Of a stretch of DNA of 32,000 nucleotides, positions 1 through 8,491 are shown in pieces. The position numbers and the translations under genes were made by a program. Source of the stretch: Phycisphaera mikurensis NBRC 102666 (GTDB lineage Bacteria > Planctomycetota > Phycisphaerae > Phycisphaerales > Phycisphaeraceae); NCBI RefSeq assembly GCF_000284115.1, contig NC_017080.1, forward strand, positions 960,001-992,000, in the 5' to 3' direction. Below the pieces are notes generated by a model that was not told where the DNA came from, searched no databases, and saw only the letters and a list, made by a program, of their open reading frames with translations. Numbering within the stretch: position 1 is the stretch's first letter; every line of letters begins with the position of its first letter.

Positions 1-2
1 GC

Positions 3-131
3 AAGAAACGCCTTGCGGCGGGCATGGCAAGCGTCTTCGAGCGGCTGAACCTGGACGCCGACGCGGTGGTCGGGCGGGTGCTGGCGATGGCGCAGCGGGA
101 CGGGCTGGCGGTGGCGGGCCGGGGCAGCTGA
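3..131 (+). CDS. 3' end of a partial CDS of unknown function (...KKRLAAGMASVFERLNLDADAVVGRVLAMAQRDGLAVAGRGS*)
   Basis: Open frame from the window edge to a TGA at 129-131 with natural-looking amino acid composition. Too short to assign. Confidence 0.5.
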   Translation, partial: KKRLAAGMASVFERLNLDADAVVGRVLAMAQRDGLAVAGRGS

Positions 132-247
132 ACCCGCAAGCGGCAGCGGCGGTCCCGCTGATCTACGACCGATCGCATCGCTGCCGGACCATCAAGCGTC
201 ACCCGGAGCCCGATTCAGCGTTGGCGGAGAAGGTGGCAGCCACCAAG

Positions 248-330
248 GGAAGCAAGGGGTCAAGCCCCTTGCAGAGGTGCTATAATGCCGTCGCCGAGTA
301 GGAAGCAAGGGGTCAAGCCCCTTGCAGAGG
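248..330. repeat. Two identical 30-nt direct repeats (248-277 and 301-330), each containing the hairpin GCAAGGGG-TCAAG-CCCCTTGC
   Basis: GGAAGCAAGGGGTCAAGCCCCTTGCAGAGG read exactly at both positions with a 53-nt period. Each copy has an 8-bp stem and 5-nt loop, REP-like. Confidence 0.9.
278..286 (+). promoter_or_regulatory. Extended -10 promoter element TGC-TATAAT, candidate gltA promoter
   Basis: Perfect TATAAT at 281-286 preceded by TGN, which is rare in such GC-rich DNA, upstream of the same-strand gltA. No good -35 was seen. Confidence 0.5.
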
Positions 331-564
331 CCCGCGGGCCAGCCGCCGCCACCGCTCCGGACCCGGCGACGCGGCAGGTGCCGGCGGCGGGGAGGTGGTC
401 CCGGGCGCGTCGTTGCCGAGCGCAAGGCCGTTCCGCCGGCCGCCGAGGTCGATCGCGAGGCAACGCGGCACGCGTGCGGGCGGAACGGGGCCGCCCGGGG
501 ATCCTCTAGACTCCCGCAACCCGGGCCGGGCCGAGCCGGGCGCTGCCACCCCCACCGATCTTTT

Positions 565-1845
565 ATGCCTGAGAACTCCCCGCCGACCGCTCGCCTCGAC
601 CTGCCCGAAGGGCCCATCGACCTGCCGATCGTTGTTGGCACCGCCGACGAGAAGTCGGTCGACATCTCGAAGCTCCGGGCCCAAACCGGCTACATCACGC
701 TCGACGAGGGGTACCGCAACACGGGCAGCGTCAAGAGCGACATCACCTTCATCGACGGCGAGAAGGGCATCCTCCGCTACCGCGGCTATCCCATCGAGGA
801 GGTGTGCGAGAACAGCTCCTTCATTGAGACGGCGCTGCTGCTGATCCACGGCGAGAAGCCGAGCAAGGAGTCGCTCTCGAGGTTCAGCGAGCGGCTGACG
901 CACCACCAGATGATCCACGAGTCGGTGCGGCAGATGTTCGACGGCTTCCCGCCGACGGCGCACCCGATGGCGGTGCTCTCGTCGATGATCAACACGATCT
1001 CCTGCTTCCAACCGGCGATCATGAACATCGACGACGAGGAGGAGTTCGACGACACCGCGGCGATGCTGATCAGCAAGGTGCGGACGGTCGCGGCGGCCGC
1101 TTACAAGACCCAGATGGGGCATCCCATCATGTACCCGGATCCGAAGCTCACGTACTGCGAGAACTTCCTCCACATGATGTTCTCGCTCCCGCTGGGGCGG
1201 ATCGAGCCCGATCCGGACGTCGTGGAGGCGCTCAACCTCATCTTCATCCTGCACGCGGACCACGAACAGAACTGCTCGACGGCGACGGTGCGGATGGTCG
1301 GCTCCTCGGGGGCGAACCTCTTCGCCAGCTGCGCCGCCGGCGTCTGTGCCCTCTGGGGCCCGCTGCACGGCGGCGCGAACGTCGCGGTCATGAACCAGCT
1401 CGAGGAGATCCACAACAGCGACATCACGACGCGGAAGTACATCGACAACCTGAAGGCGACCAAGGGCAAGCTCTTCGGCTTCGGCCACGGCGTCTACAAG
1501 AGCTACGACCCGCGTGCGATGGTCCTCAAGAAGTCCGCCGACAAGGTGCTCGCGAAGCTCGGGGTCGACGATCCGCTGCTCGCGATCGCTCGCGAGCTGG
1601 AGGAGACGGCGCTCAACGACGAGTACTTCGTCAGCCGGAACCTCTATCCCAACGTCGACTTCTATTCCGGGATCCTCATGCGGGCGATGGGCATCCCCAC
1701 GAACATGTTCACGGTGATGTTCGCGATCGGCCGCATGCCCGGCTGGATCGCTCAGTGGTGGGAGGTCAACCAGCAGAAAAGCCGGATCTACCGGCCGCGG
1801 CAGGTCTACACCGGCGCCCGGGAGCGAGCCTGGAACGCCGGCTGA
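565..1845 (+). CDS. gltA: Citrate synthase
   Basis: Protein MPENSPPTARLDLPEGPIDLP...GYPIEEVCE...HADHEQNCSTATVRMVGSSGANLFASCAAGVCALWGPLHGGAN...GFGHGVYKSYDPRA matches type II citrate synthase motifs. ATG at 565 is chosen over the longer ORF-track start at 322. Confidence 0.96.
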   Translation: MPENSPPTARLDLPEGPIDLPIVVGTADEKSVDISKLRAQTGYITLDEGYRNTGSVKSDITFIDGEKGILRYRGYPIEEVCENSSFIETALLLIHGEKPSKESLSRFSERLTHHQMIHESVRQMFDGFPPTAHPMAVLSSMINTISCFQPAIMNIDDEEEFDDTAAMLISKVRTVAAAAYKTQMGHPIMYPDPKLTYCENFLHMMFSLPLGRIEPDPDVVEALNLIFILHADHEQNCSTATVRMVGSSGANLFASCAAGVCALWGPLHGGANVAVMNQLEEIHNSDITTRKYIDNLKATKGKLFGFGHGVYKSYDPRAMVLKKSADKVLAKLGVDDPLLAIARELEETALNDEYFVSRNLYPNVDFYSGILMRAMGIPTNMFTVMFAIGRMPGWIAQWWEVNQQKSRIYRPRQVYTGARERAWNAG

Positions 1846-2097
1846 GGCGGAGCCCAAACGCCGCAGAGCAGCCGGGCGGGGCTCCGGGATGCCGAGGCCG
1901 GCCGGGTGACCCGCGTGCGACCCCCCCGTGCCCCCGCGCCCTAAGCGGGTGGCAACGGTGGATCCGGGGGCCGGCGACACGCCCCCGTCCGACGCCCGCC
2001 AGGGGCCACCGGCTTGTGGACGCCGCCCGAGCGACGACCGATGCGGAAACTCCAGACGGGCTCGACCCCCGGCGTCCCAGGCCGCATCTTCAGCACC

Positions 2098-2412
2098 ATG
2101 ATCCACCACACGGTCTACTTCTGGCTCAAGCCGAACCTCCCCGAGGCGGAGCGGCACGCGTTCCTGGAGGCCCTGCGGATGCTGGTGCTCAGCCCGAACG
2201 TCTACTCCTGCCGGGTGGGCACGCCCGTGCGGCCGGGACGGGACGACGCCGACGCGACCTTCGACTTTCAGCTCGCGATCGAGTTCCCCTCCGCGGAGGA
2301 TTACGCGGCGTACCAGTCGGCAGAAGACAACGTCCACACGATGTTCGTGCTGGAGAACCAGGACAAGTGGGCCCGGATCCGCGTGTACGACGCCGTCTCG
2401 GCTCAGGGCTGA
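2098..2412 (+). CDS. Dabb-family (stress-responsive alpha/beta barrel) domain protein
   Basis: MIHHTVYFWLKPNLPEAERHAFLEALRML...AEDNVHTMFVLENQDKWARIRVYDAV has the typical Dabb pattern (HxVxFxLK...). The ATG at 2098 is preferred over upstream starts. Confidence 0.8.
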   Translation: MIHHTVYFWLKPNLPEAERHAFLEALRMLVLSPNVYSCRVGTPVRPGRDDADATFDFQLAIEFPSAEDYAAYQSAEDNVHTMFVLENQDKWARIRVYDAVSAQG

Positions 2413-2522
2413 GCGCCCGATGCGGGCCCAGATGCGGGCCGGCCGGGGCCGCTCCAACGTCCGGATATGCGGTGGGCGCGGAATGGGTTGGGCGTGCCGA
2501 GTCCAAGCTTTAGGCTGGGGCC

Positions 2523-3062
2523 GTGAGCGAGGACGCGGAGACATCCAAGGCGGCCCCACCCACCGCCCCGGCGGGGCGGCTCGCGGCCGCCGGCGGCCGG
2601 GCGGTCATCTGGGGGGGCGTCGAGGAGCAGGCCCAGCTCGCGGCGTTGCTGCGACGCCGCGACCTGCTGCCCGAGCGGGTGTCCAGTGCGCCCGCGGCCG
2701 TCCTCGCGGTGCTCCGGGGCGGCCCCCCGCCCGCGGCGCTCATCCTCGTGCAGCCCAACGCGCTGCCGCTCGCGGACGAGGTGATCGAGGTGCTCCAGCA
2801 GCAGCCCGCCGCCACGCGGTGCTGGAGCTTCGAGCCCGCACCCGCCGGCCCGGGTGGCGCGGGCCTGCTGGTCCCGATCGAGGGCCCGCTGCGGCCCTCC
2901 CCCTGCTTCCGGATCGGCCCGCCGCCGGTGAACCCGGGCCCGGAGGCGGGCACGAGCCCCGCCTGGCCCCCCACCGGCCGCACGCGGCTGAGCCGAGAAG
3001 AGCTCGCGATGCTCCTCGGGCCGACGAAGACCCTCCGCACCCCTGCCGGAGACGCGGGTTGA
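2523..3062 (+). CDS. Uncharacterised protein, possible degenerate receiver-like domain, coupled to the downstream GGDEF gene
   Basis: GTG start MSEDAETSKAAPP...; the stop overlaps the likely TTG start of the next gene (TTGA at 3059-3062). The alternating alpha/beta pattern (VIWGG...LILVQPNALPLADEVIEVLQ) only weakly resembles REC. Confidence 0.6.
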   Translation: MSEDAETSKAAPPTAPAGRLAAAGGRAVIWGGVEEQAQLAALLRRRDLLPERVSSAPAAVLAVLRGGPPPAALILVQPNALPLADEVIEVLQQQPAATRCWSFEPAPAGPGGAGLLVPIEGPLRPSPCFRIGPPPVNPGPEAGTSPAWPPTGRTRLSREELAMLLGPTKTLRTPAGDAG

Positions 3063-4387
3063 GCCCCCACACGCTGGATCCCGCACCGCCGGTCTCGGTC
3101 GGCGGCGAAGCCCCGCGGCGCGTCCTGGTGGTTCGCGACGGCCGCCTCGCGGGCTTGCTCGGCGATGCCTGCGCCGCCACCGTGGAGGTCGAGCGGATCC
3201 CCGGCTTCCTCGGCGGCCTGGCGGAGCTGATCACCGGCCGCGCGGATCGGCTGCTGGGGCCCGCCGAGGCGCTCGCCGGCATGCGTGAAGCCATGGCCGC
3301 GACGCTGCTGGACGCGGGCCTCGCGGACCGCGTGGTGCTGACCGATCCGAGCCCCTCGGTCCGCGACGCGCTGCTGGAGGCGGGCTTCCACGCCGTCCTC
3401 GACGCCGCCGCGTCCGGCGAAGAGCTCGCGGCCGCCATCGGCGCCGGCGGGCAGGCCCAAGCCGCGGGCGAGGCCGGTGCAGAGGGGCCGCAGCGGGCCG
3501 CGCCGCCCCCCGGCGGGCCGGGCACGCCGGTCCGCCCCTCGGAGACGCTCGGCGACAGCGACCTGGTGGAGGCCATCCACGACGCGGGCGGCGGCGCGGA
3601 CGGCCGCCTCCACGGGCTGATCGTGCGGCTGCTCCGCAGCGAGTCGGGGATCCCCGGCATCGAGCTCGTGCCCGAGGACGAGCCGCAAGCGGGCCAGGCC
3701 TCGGTCCGCGTGTGCTTCCGAGGCGAGTGCTTCGGGCGTCTTCAGGCGCCCCCGCCCGCGGTGGAGCAGGCGCTGGCGCCCTGGGCCGGCTGGGCGGCGC
3801 GGTGGCTGGCGTTGGAGCAGCAGACGCGGCAGCTGCGTGAGCTGGCGATGCGGGACGAGCTCACGGGCGTCTGGAACCGCCGCTACTTCAACCGCTTCCT
3901 CGCGCGAATCCTCGAGCGGGCCGCGCTCGATCGCCAGCAGGTCACGCTGCTCGTCTTCGACATCGACGACTTCAAGTCGTACAACGACCTCCACGGGCAC
4001 GCCGCCGGCGACGCCATTCTGGCCGGAGCGGCCCAGCTCATGCAATCGACCGTGCGGTCGCACGACGTCGTGGCCCGGATCGGCGGGGACGAGTTCGCGG
4101 TGATCTTCTGGGACCCCCGGGGCCGCCGCGAGGAAGGCTCCTCCCACCCCGACGACGTGCTCGCGATCGCCCGCCGCTTCCAGCGAGCGGTCACGGACCT
4201 CCGCTTCCCGCAGCTCTCCGCGGACGCGCCGGGCACCCTCACCGTCTCCGGCGGCATCGCCGGCTTTCCCTGGGACGGCCGCACGCCGGCCGAGCTGCTG
4301 CAGAAGGCGGACCTGATGGCGCTGGAGAGCAAGGCGCAGGGCAAGAACGCGATCACGCTGGGAGCGGGCCGCGAGCCTCCGGCCTGA
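3059..4387 (+). CDS. GGDEF-domain diguanylate cyclase with a degenerate receiver-like N-terminus
   Basis: C-terminal RDELTGVWNRRYFNRFL...LLVFDIDDFKSYNDLHGHAAGDAIL...RSHDVVARIGGDEFAVIF includes an intact GGDEF and an RxxD I-site at the canonical spacing. The TTG start at 3059 is inferred. Confidence 0.9.
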   Translation: MSPHTLDPAPPVSVGGEAPRRVLVVRDGRLAGLLGDACAATVEVERIPGFLGGLAELITGRADRLLGPAEALAGMREAMAATLLDAGLADRVVLTDPSPSVRDALLEAGFHAVLDAAASGEELAAAIGAGGQAQAAGEAGAEGPQRAAPPPGGPGTPVRPSETLGDSDLVEAIHDAGGGADGRLHGLIVRLLRSESGIPGIELVPEDEPQAGQASVRVCFRGECFGRLQAPPPAVEQALAPWAGWAARWLALEQQTRQLRELAMRDELTGVWNRRYFNRFLARILERAALDRQQVTLLVFDIDDFKSYNDLHGHAAGDAILAGAAQLMQSTVRSHDVVARIGGDEFAVIFWDPRGRREEGSSHPDDVLAIARRFQRAVTDLRFPQLSADAPGTLTVSGGIAGFPWDGRTPAELLQKADLMALESKAQGKNAITLGAGREPPA

Positions 4388-4519
4388 TGGCCGGCAGCGG
4401 CCGTCTCTCCGCAAACGGCTTGGGCGGATCTCCGCAGGGGGTGGAGCGGCGGCGGGCGGCGCGGTCCATCCCCGGCCGCTGATGGGCTTCGTGAGGCGTC
4501 GCCAAGGCACGCGGTTGCA

Positions 4520-4720
4520 TCACGGGGTCGGCGCCGGCGGTGGCTTCCCCGTCTTCTTCTCTTCCGCCAGCTCGCGGCGGTTGATGGCCACCTCGCGGGG
4601 GAAGGAGAAGGCGAGGCGGACGCGGTCGCCGCTGACGTCCACGACCCGCACGAAGCCCAGCGGCTTGTCCGGGTCGCCGATCACGACTTCTTCGCCGATC
4701 CTTCGGGTGAGTGCGAGCAT
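4520..4720 (-). CDS. csrA: Carbon storage regulator CsrA
   Basis: MLALTRRIGEEVVIGDPDKPLGFVRVVDVSGDRVRLAFSFPREVAINRRELAEEKK... matches the CsrA pattern (MLxLTRRxGExIxIGD...VRLGIxAPxxVxVxRxEl). Start is the CAT at 4718-4720. Confidence 0.95.
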   Translation of the reverse strand: MLALTRRIGEEVVIGDPDKPLGFVRVVDVSGDRVRLAFSFPREVAINRRELAEEKKTGKPPPAPTP

Positions 4721-5064
4721 CCTTGGTTCTCCGGGATCGGCGGGTGCCCATCGGCGGGGCGGTTCGCGACGCAACCGTGCGGCACGGTTCCCGTTTCGGC
4801 CCGATCGGGGGGGGCGGTTGAGTACGCCGGGCGGGGACCCGCGGCGGAAGAGGGCGGCCCCGCTCCCGACGCCGGAGCCGTCGCGACGCGACCGGAAGCC
4901 TCCGTGGTCGCTTCGGCTCCGCCCCTGCTCCCCACGAGGGCGGGGTCCGGCGACGCCAGCGGGTCCGTCGGGCGGGAAACCCGGAGCGACCCGCCCCCGG
5001 CGGGGAACCCCCGCCGGACGCGGGCCGTGGGAGGGAAGGGCCTCCTCGGGCTCGCCCGCGCCAC

Positions 5065-5093
5065 TTGACGGCCGCGCGGGCGCTTCCTACGCT
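5065..5093 (+). promoter_or_regulatory. Candidate sigma-70 promoter for the tRNA-Thr/tuf unit: TTGACG-N17-TACGCT
   Basis: TTGACG at 5065-5070, 17-nt spacer, TACGCT at 5088-5093, about 94 nt upstream of tRNA-Thr. Confidence 0.55.
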
Positions 5094-5186
5094 CTCGGCG
5101 CTCAGATCCACCGGCCGTCAGGCCGGCGCGATCGACACCGCTGAACGGCCTCCGGGCGCGTCCACGGCGGGGTTGTTCGCCCATCC

Positions 5187-5259
5187 GCCACCCTAGCTCA
5201 GTTGGTAGAGCACACCCTTGGTAAGGGTGAGGTCGTGGGTTCGAGTCCCATGGGTGGCT
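5187..5259 (+). tRNA. tRNA-Thr (anticodon GGT)
   Basis: Acceptor GCCACCC/GGGTGGC, D arm AGCTCAGTTGGTAGAGC, anticodon arm CACCC-TTGGTAA-GGGTG, T arm with GGTTCGAGTCC. Confidence 0.95.
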
Positions 5260-5411
5260 TCCCGGCCGGGCGAACGCCCGTCCGCGGGGGAGACCGCCCC
5301 CGCCCCACCTTGATCCGCGGAGCCGCCTTCTGATCGGGCGAGCGGCCCTCCCAAGCAAACCTGACCCGACGCAGAACCACGCCGCTCCCGCGGCCATCCA
5401 CGGAGACCACC

Positions 5412-6617
5412 ATGGCCAAAGACAACTTCGAGCGAACCAAGCCCCACGTCAACGTCGGCACGATCGGTCACATCGACCACGGCAAGACCACGACGACCGC
5501 GGCCATCACCGCCGTGCAGGGCGCCAAGGGCCTCGCGCACTTCACCAGCTACGACGACGTCGCGAAGGCCTCCGCCTCCGACGGTCGCCGCGACGCGACC
5601 AAGATCGTCACGATCGCGACCAGCCACGTCGAGTACGAGACGGAGAACCGCCACTACGCGCACGTCGACTGCCCGGGCCACGCGGACTTCGTGAAGAACA
5701 TGATCACCGGCGCCGCCCAGATGGACGGAGCGATCCTCGTCGTGGCCGCCGACGACGGCCCGATGCCCCAGACCAAGGAGCACGTCCTCCTCGCCCGCCA
5801 GGTGAACGTCCCCAAGATGGTCGTCTTCCTGAACAAGGTCGACCTGGTCGACGACGCCGAGCTGCTCGACCTCGTCGAGCTCGAGGTCCAGGAGCTGCTG
5901 ACCAAGTACGACTTCGAGGAGGACACCCCGATCATCCGCGGCGCCGCCTTCCCGGCCCTCCAGAACCCCTCGGACGCCGAGGCTTCCAAGGGCATCACGG
6001 ACCTGATGAACGCCATCGACACGTGGATCCCCGAGCCCGAGCGGGAGCTCGACAAGCCGCTGCTCATCTCCGTCGAGGACGTGTTCTCGATCAAGGGCCG
6101 CGGCACGGTCGCGACCGGTCGTGTCGAGCGGGGCCAGGTCAAGGTGGGCGACTCCGTGGAGATCGTCGGCCTGCGGGACACGCAGACGACCACCGTCACC
6201 GGCGTGGAGACCTTCAACAAGCCGATGGAGTCGGCCATGGCCGGCGACAACGTCGGCTGCCTGCTCCGCGGCATCGACAAGAACAACATCCAGCGTGGGC
6301 AGGTGCTCGCGAAGCCCAAGTCGATCACGCCGCACAAGAAGTTCGAGGCGGAGGTCTACGTGCTGACCGAGGAGGAGGGCGGCCGCAAGACGCCGTTCTT
6401 CAACGGCTACAAGCCGCAGTTCTACTTCCGCACCACCGACGTGACCGGCTCCATCGAGCTCTCCGGCGGCGCCGAGATGTGCATGCCCGGCGACAACATC
6501 AAGATGATCGTCGACCTCGGCGAGAAGCCCATCGCGATGGAGGAGGGCGTCCGCTTCGCCGTCCGCGAGGGCGGCCGGACCGTGGGTGCCGGTGCCGTCA
6601 CGAAGATCCTCGAGTAG
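5412..6617 (+). CDS. tuf: Elongation factor Tu
   Basis: [35 protein letters not shown]...[26 protein letters not shown]...NKVDLVDD is a canonical EF-Tu. Confidence 0.99.
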   Translation: MAKDNFERTKPHVNVGTIGHIDHGKTTTTAAITAVQGAKGLAHFTSYDDVAKASASDGRRDATKIVTIATSHVEYETENRHYAHVDCPGHADFVKNMITGAAQMDGAILVVAADDGPMPQTKEHVLLARQVNVPKMVVFLNKVDLVDDAELLDLVELEVQELLTKYDFEEDTPIIRGAAFPALQNPSDAEASKGITDLMNAIDTWIPEPERELDKPLLISVEDVFSIKGRGTVATGRVERGQVKVGDSVEIVGLRDTQTTTVTGVETFNKPMESAMAGDNVGCLLRGIDKNNIQRGQVLAKPKSITPHKKFEAEVYVLTEEEGGRKTPFFNGYKPQFYFRTTDVTGSIELSGGAEMCMPGDNIKMIVDLGEKPIAMEEGVRFAVREGGRTVGAGAVTKILE

Positions 6618-6751
6618 CTCCCCATGGCGGAGCGGGATGACCCGTTCCCGATCGATTTCGCGGACGCCGGCCCACCGGCCGGCGTCCGCTTGGAGGCCCG
6701 TGCCTCTTTCCTTCCCCTAGAACCTCCTCCCACTCCCCCCGGAGACCGGCC

Positions 6752-6931
6752 ATGGCCAAGAGCAAAGACGCCGTCGAGTTCGTCTGGCTGCAGTGCACCG
6801 AGACGGGCGACCTCAACTACCGCACGCCCGTGAACGTCCGCGGCGGCATGCCCGAGAAGCTCAAGGCGGGGATGAAGAAGTACTGCCCGCGTCTGCGGAA
6901 GCACACGCTGCACAAAATCAAGCGGAAGTGA
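6752..6931 (+). CDS. rpmG: 50S ribosomal protein L33 (59 aa; not in the supplied ORF track)
   Basis: Manual translation [59 protein letters not shown], located between tuf and tRNA-Trp/secE as expected for rpmG. GGAG lies upstream of the ATG. Confidence 0.92.
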   Translation: MAKSKDAVEFVWLQCTETGDLNYRTPVNVRGGMPEKLKAGMKKYCPRLRKHTLHKIKRK

Positions 6932-7037
6932 CCCGGAGGGTCAATCCGCAGCAGCGGGCCTCTTGGCCCGCGTCTGCATCGGGATCCCCGGCACTCCCGC
7001 GGGGAGGTCTCCATCCGGACGCCCGCTGCGACACCAC

Positions 7038-7111
7038 GCCGGTGTAGCTCAGTTGGTTAGAGCAGTGGATTCCAAATCCACAGGTCGCGGGTTCGAGTCC
7101 CTCCGCCGGTG
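7038..7111 (+). tRNA. tRNA-Trp (anticodon CCA)
   Basis: Anticodon arm GTGGA-TTCCAAA-TCCAC, acceptor GCCGGTG/CGCCGGT with discriminator G73, conserved position before secE. Confidence 0.92.
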
Positions 7112-7226
7112 CTGAAGTCTTCGGGTCGTCCCGCCGCCGCGCATCGGCGGCGGGCACCCGCCCCGAGCGTCCCGCGGCTCGTCGGGCGGGTTCCCTTGTT
7201 CCCCGCGGATCCCACGCTTGGCTTCC

Positions 7227-7640
7227 ATGGCACTGCTCCGTTACAAGCCCGGCCAGGGTTACTACACCCGGACGCTCTCCTTCATCTGGTTCCTCACGCT
7301 GGCGGCGGCGTTGACGCTTTGGATCTGGACGGAGTTGAGCGCCATCCGCGAGAACGCCGTCTTCTGGCAGGCCGGATCCGCGATCGGCATGTCGCTGCTG
7401 TTCGTCCCGCTGCTGTACTGGATCGTCAACCGGCCGAAGATCGCCGACTTCATGATCGCGACCGAGCAGGAGATGCGGAAGGTGAACTGGCCGTCGCAGA
7501 AGGAGATCATCGGCTCGACGGCCGTGGTGATCACCGGCACGCTGATCATGGCCCTGATCCTGTTCCTCATCAACATCTTCTTCGGCGCGTTCTTCCAGTC
7601 CATCGGCATCCTCAACGCAGGATCCGGCGCCGAGGCCTGA
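7227..7640 (+). CDS. secE: Preprotein translocase subunit SecE
   Basis: Hydrophobic segments followed by EQEMRKVNWPSQKEIIGSTAVVITGTLIMALILFLINIFF, the SecE signature. Located immediately upstream of nusG. Confidence 0.93.
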   Translation: MALLRYKPGQGYYTRTLSFIWFLTLAAALTLWIWTELSAIRENAVFWQAGSAIGMSLLFVPLLYWIVNRPKIADFMIATEQEMRKVNWPSQKEIIGSTAVVITGTLIMALILFLINIFFGAFFQSIGILNAGSGAEA

Positions 7641-7692
7641 AGCGGCCGCGGAATCCCCAACCTCCCGGGCCCGGAGCGGCCCGCCCCCGACC

Positions 7693-8382
7693 ATGACCGA
7701 GACCGACACCCAGGCCGACGACCCGAACCTCGAGGAAGCCCCCAACGGCGGCGCTGCGACCGACCTCGAAGACGGCATCGTGGAGGAAGAGGAGCCGCTG
7801 GTCTTCCCGGGGATGAACTGGTTCGTCCTGCGGGTCGCGAGCAACAAGGAGGACAGCGTGCGCAAGACGCTGCTCCGCAAGGTCAAGATCGAGGGCTTCG
7901 ACGGCGAGCACCCCGACCGGCCGCACCTGGTCAACCGGATCCTGGTGCCCACCGAGAAGACCAAGACGATGAAAGGCGGCAAGGAGAAGGTCATGGAGAC
8001 CAAGCTCTACCCGGGCTACGTCTTCGTGGAGATGCAGCTCGAGCCCGACGGCCGGATCCCCCAGGACGTCTTCTTCCTGATCAAGGAGACCACCGGCGTC
8101 GGCGACTTCATCGGCACCGCGGGCCGCCCGAGCCCGATGTCGATCCCCGAGATCGAGAAGATGCTCACCTCCGCCAAGCCGCAGGAAGAGCAGCCGCAGG
8201 TGCGGATGGAGTTCGAGCCGGGTGACCACATCCGCATCAAGGAAGGCCCCTTCGAGAACATGGAGGGGACCGTCGACGAGCTGCTGCCCGATCAGGGCAA
8301 GGTCCGCGTGATCGTCACGATCTTCGGGCGGGCGACGCCGGTGGAGCTGGAGTACTGGTTGATCGAGCGGATCACCGAGTGA
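7693..8382 (+). CDS. nusG: Transcription termination/antitermination protein NusG
   Basis: NWFVLRVASNKEDSVRKTLLRKV...KLYPGYVFVEMQL...TGVGDFIGTAGRPSPMS...FEPGDHIRIKEGPFENMEGTVDELLPDQGKVRVIVTIFGRATPVELEY with NGN and KOW domains. Confidence 0.97.
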   Translation: MTETDTQADDPNLEEAPNGGAATDLEDGIVEEEEPLVFPGMNWFVLRVASNKEDSVRKTLLRKVKIEGFDGEHPDRPHLVNRILVPTEKTKTMKGGKEKVMETKLYPGYVFVEMQLEPDGRIPQDVFFLIKETTGVGDFIGTAGRPSPMSIPEIEKMLTSAKPQEEQPQVRMEFEPGDHIRIKEGPFENMEGTVDELLPDQGKVRVIVTIFGRATPVELEYWLIERITE

Positions 8383-8491
8383 GGCTCTGGTGAGGCTCTC
8401 GGGTCCCGGCTCGCCGAGGCCGCTTGGTCGGACGACGGCGTCGGGTCCACCTCGGCCTGTCGGCGAATGTTCCTGACACCTTCGCGCTCTC

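Noticed and set aside
248-330. Possible CRISPR mini-array (two 30-nt repeats with a 23-nt spacer)
   Set aside because: Only two repeats, a short spacer carrying a TATAAT box, no cas genes. Better explained as a REP-like pair.
313-2559. 748-aa minus-strand ORF antisense to gltA
   Set aside because: Shadow ORF; citrate synthase is the real gene.
2510-4510. 666-aa minus-strand ORF antisense to the GGDEF gene
   Set aside because: Shadow ORF; the GGDEF motif and I-site lie on the plus strand.
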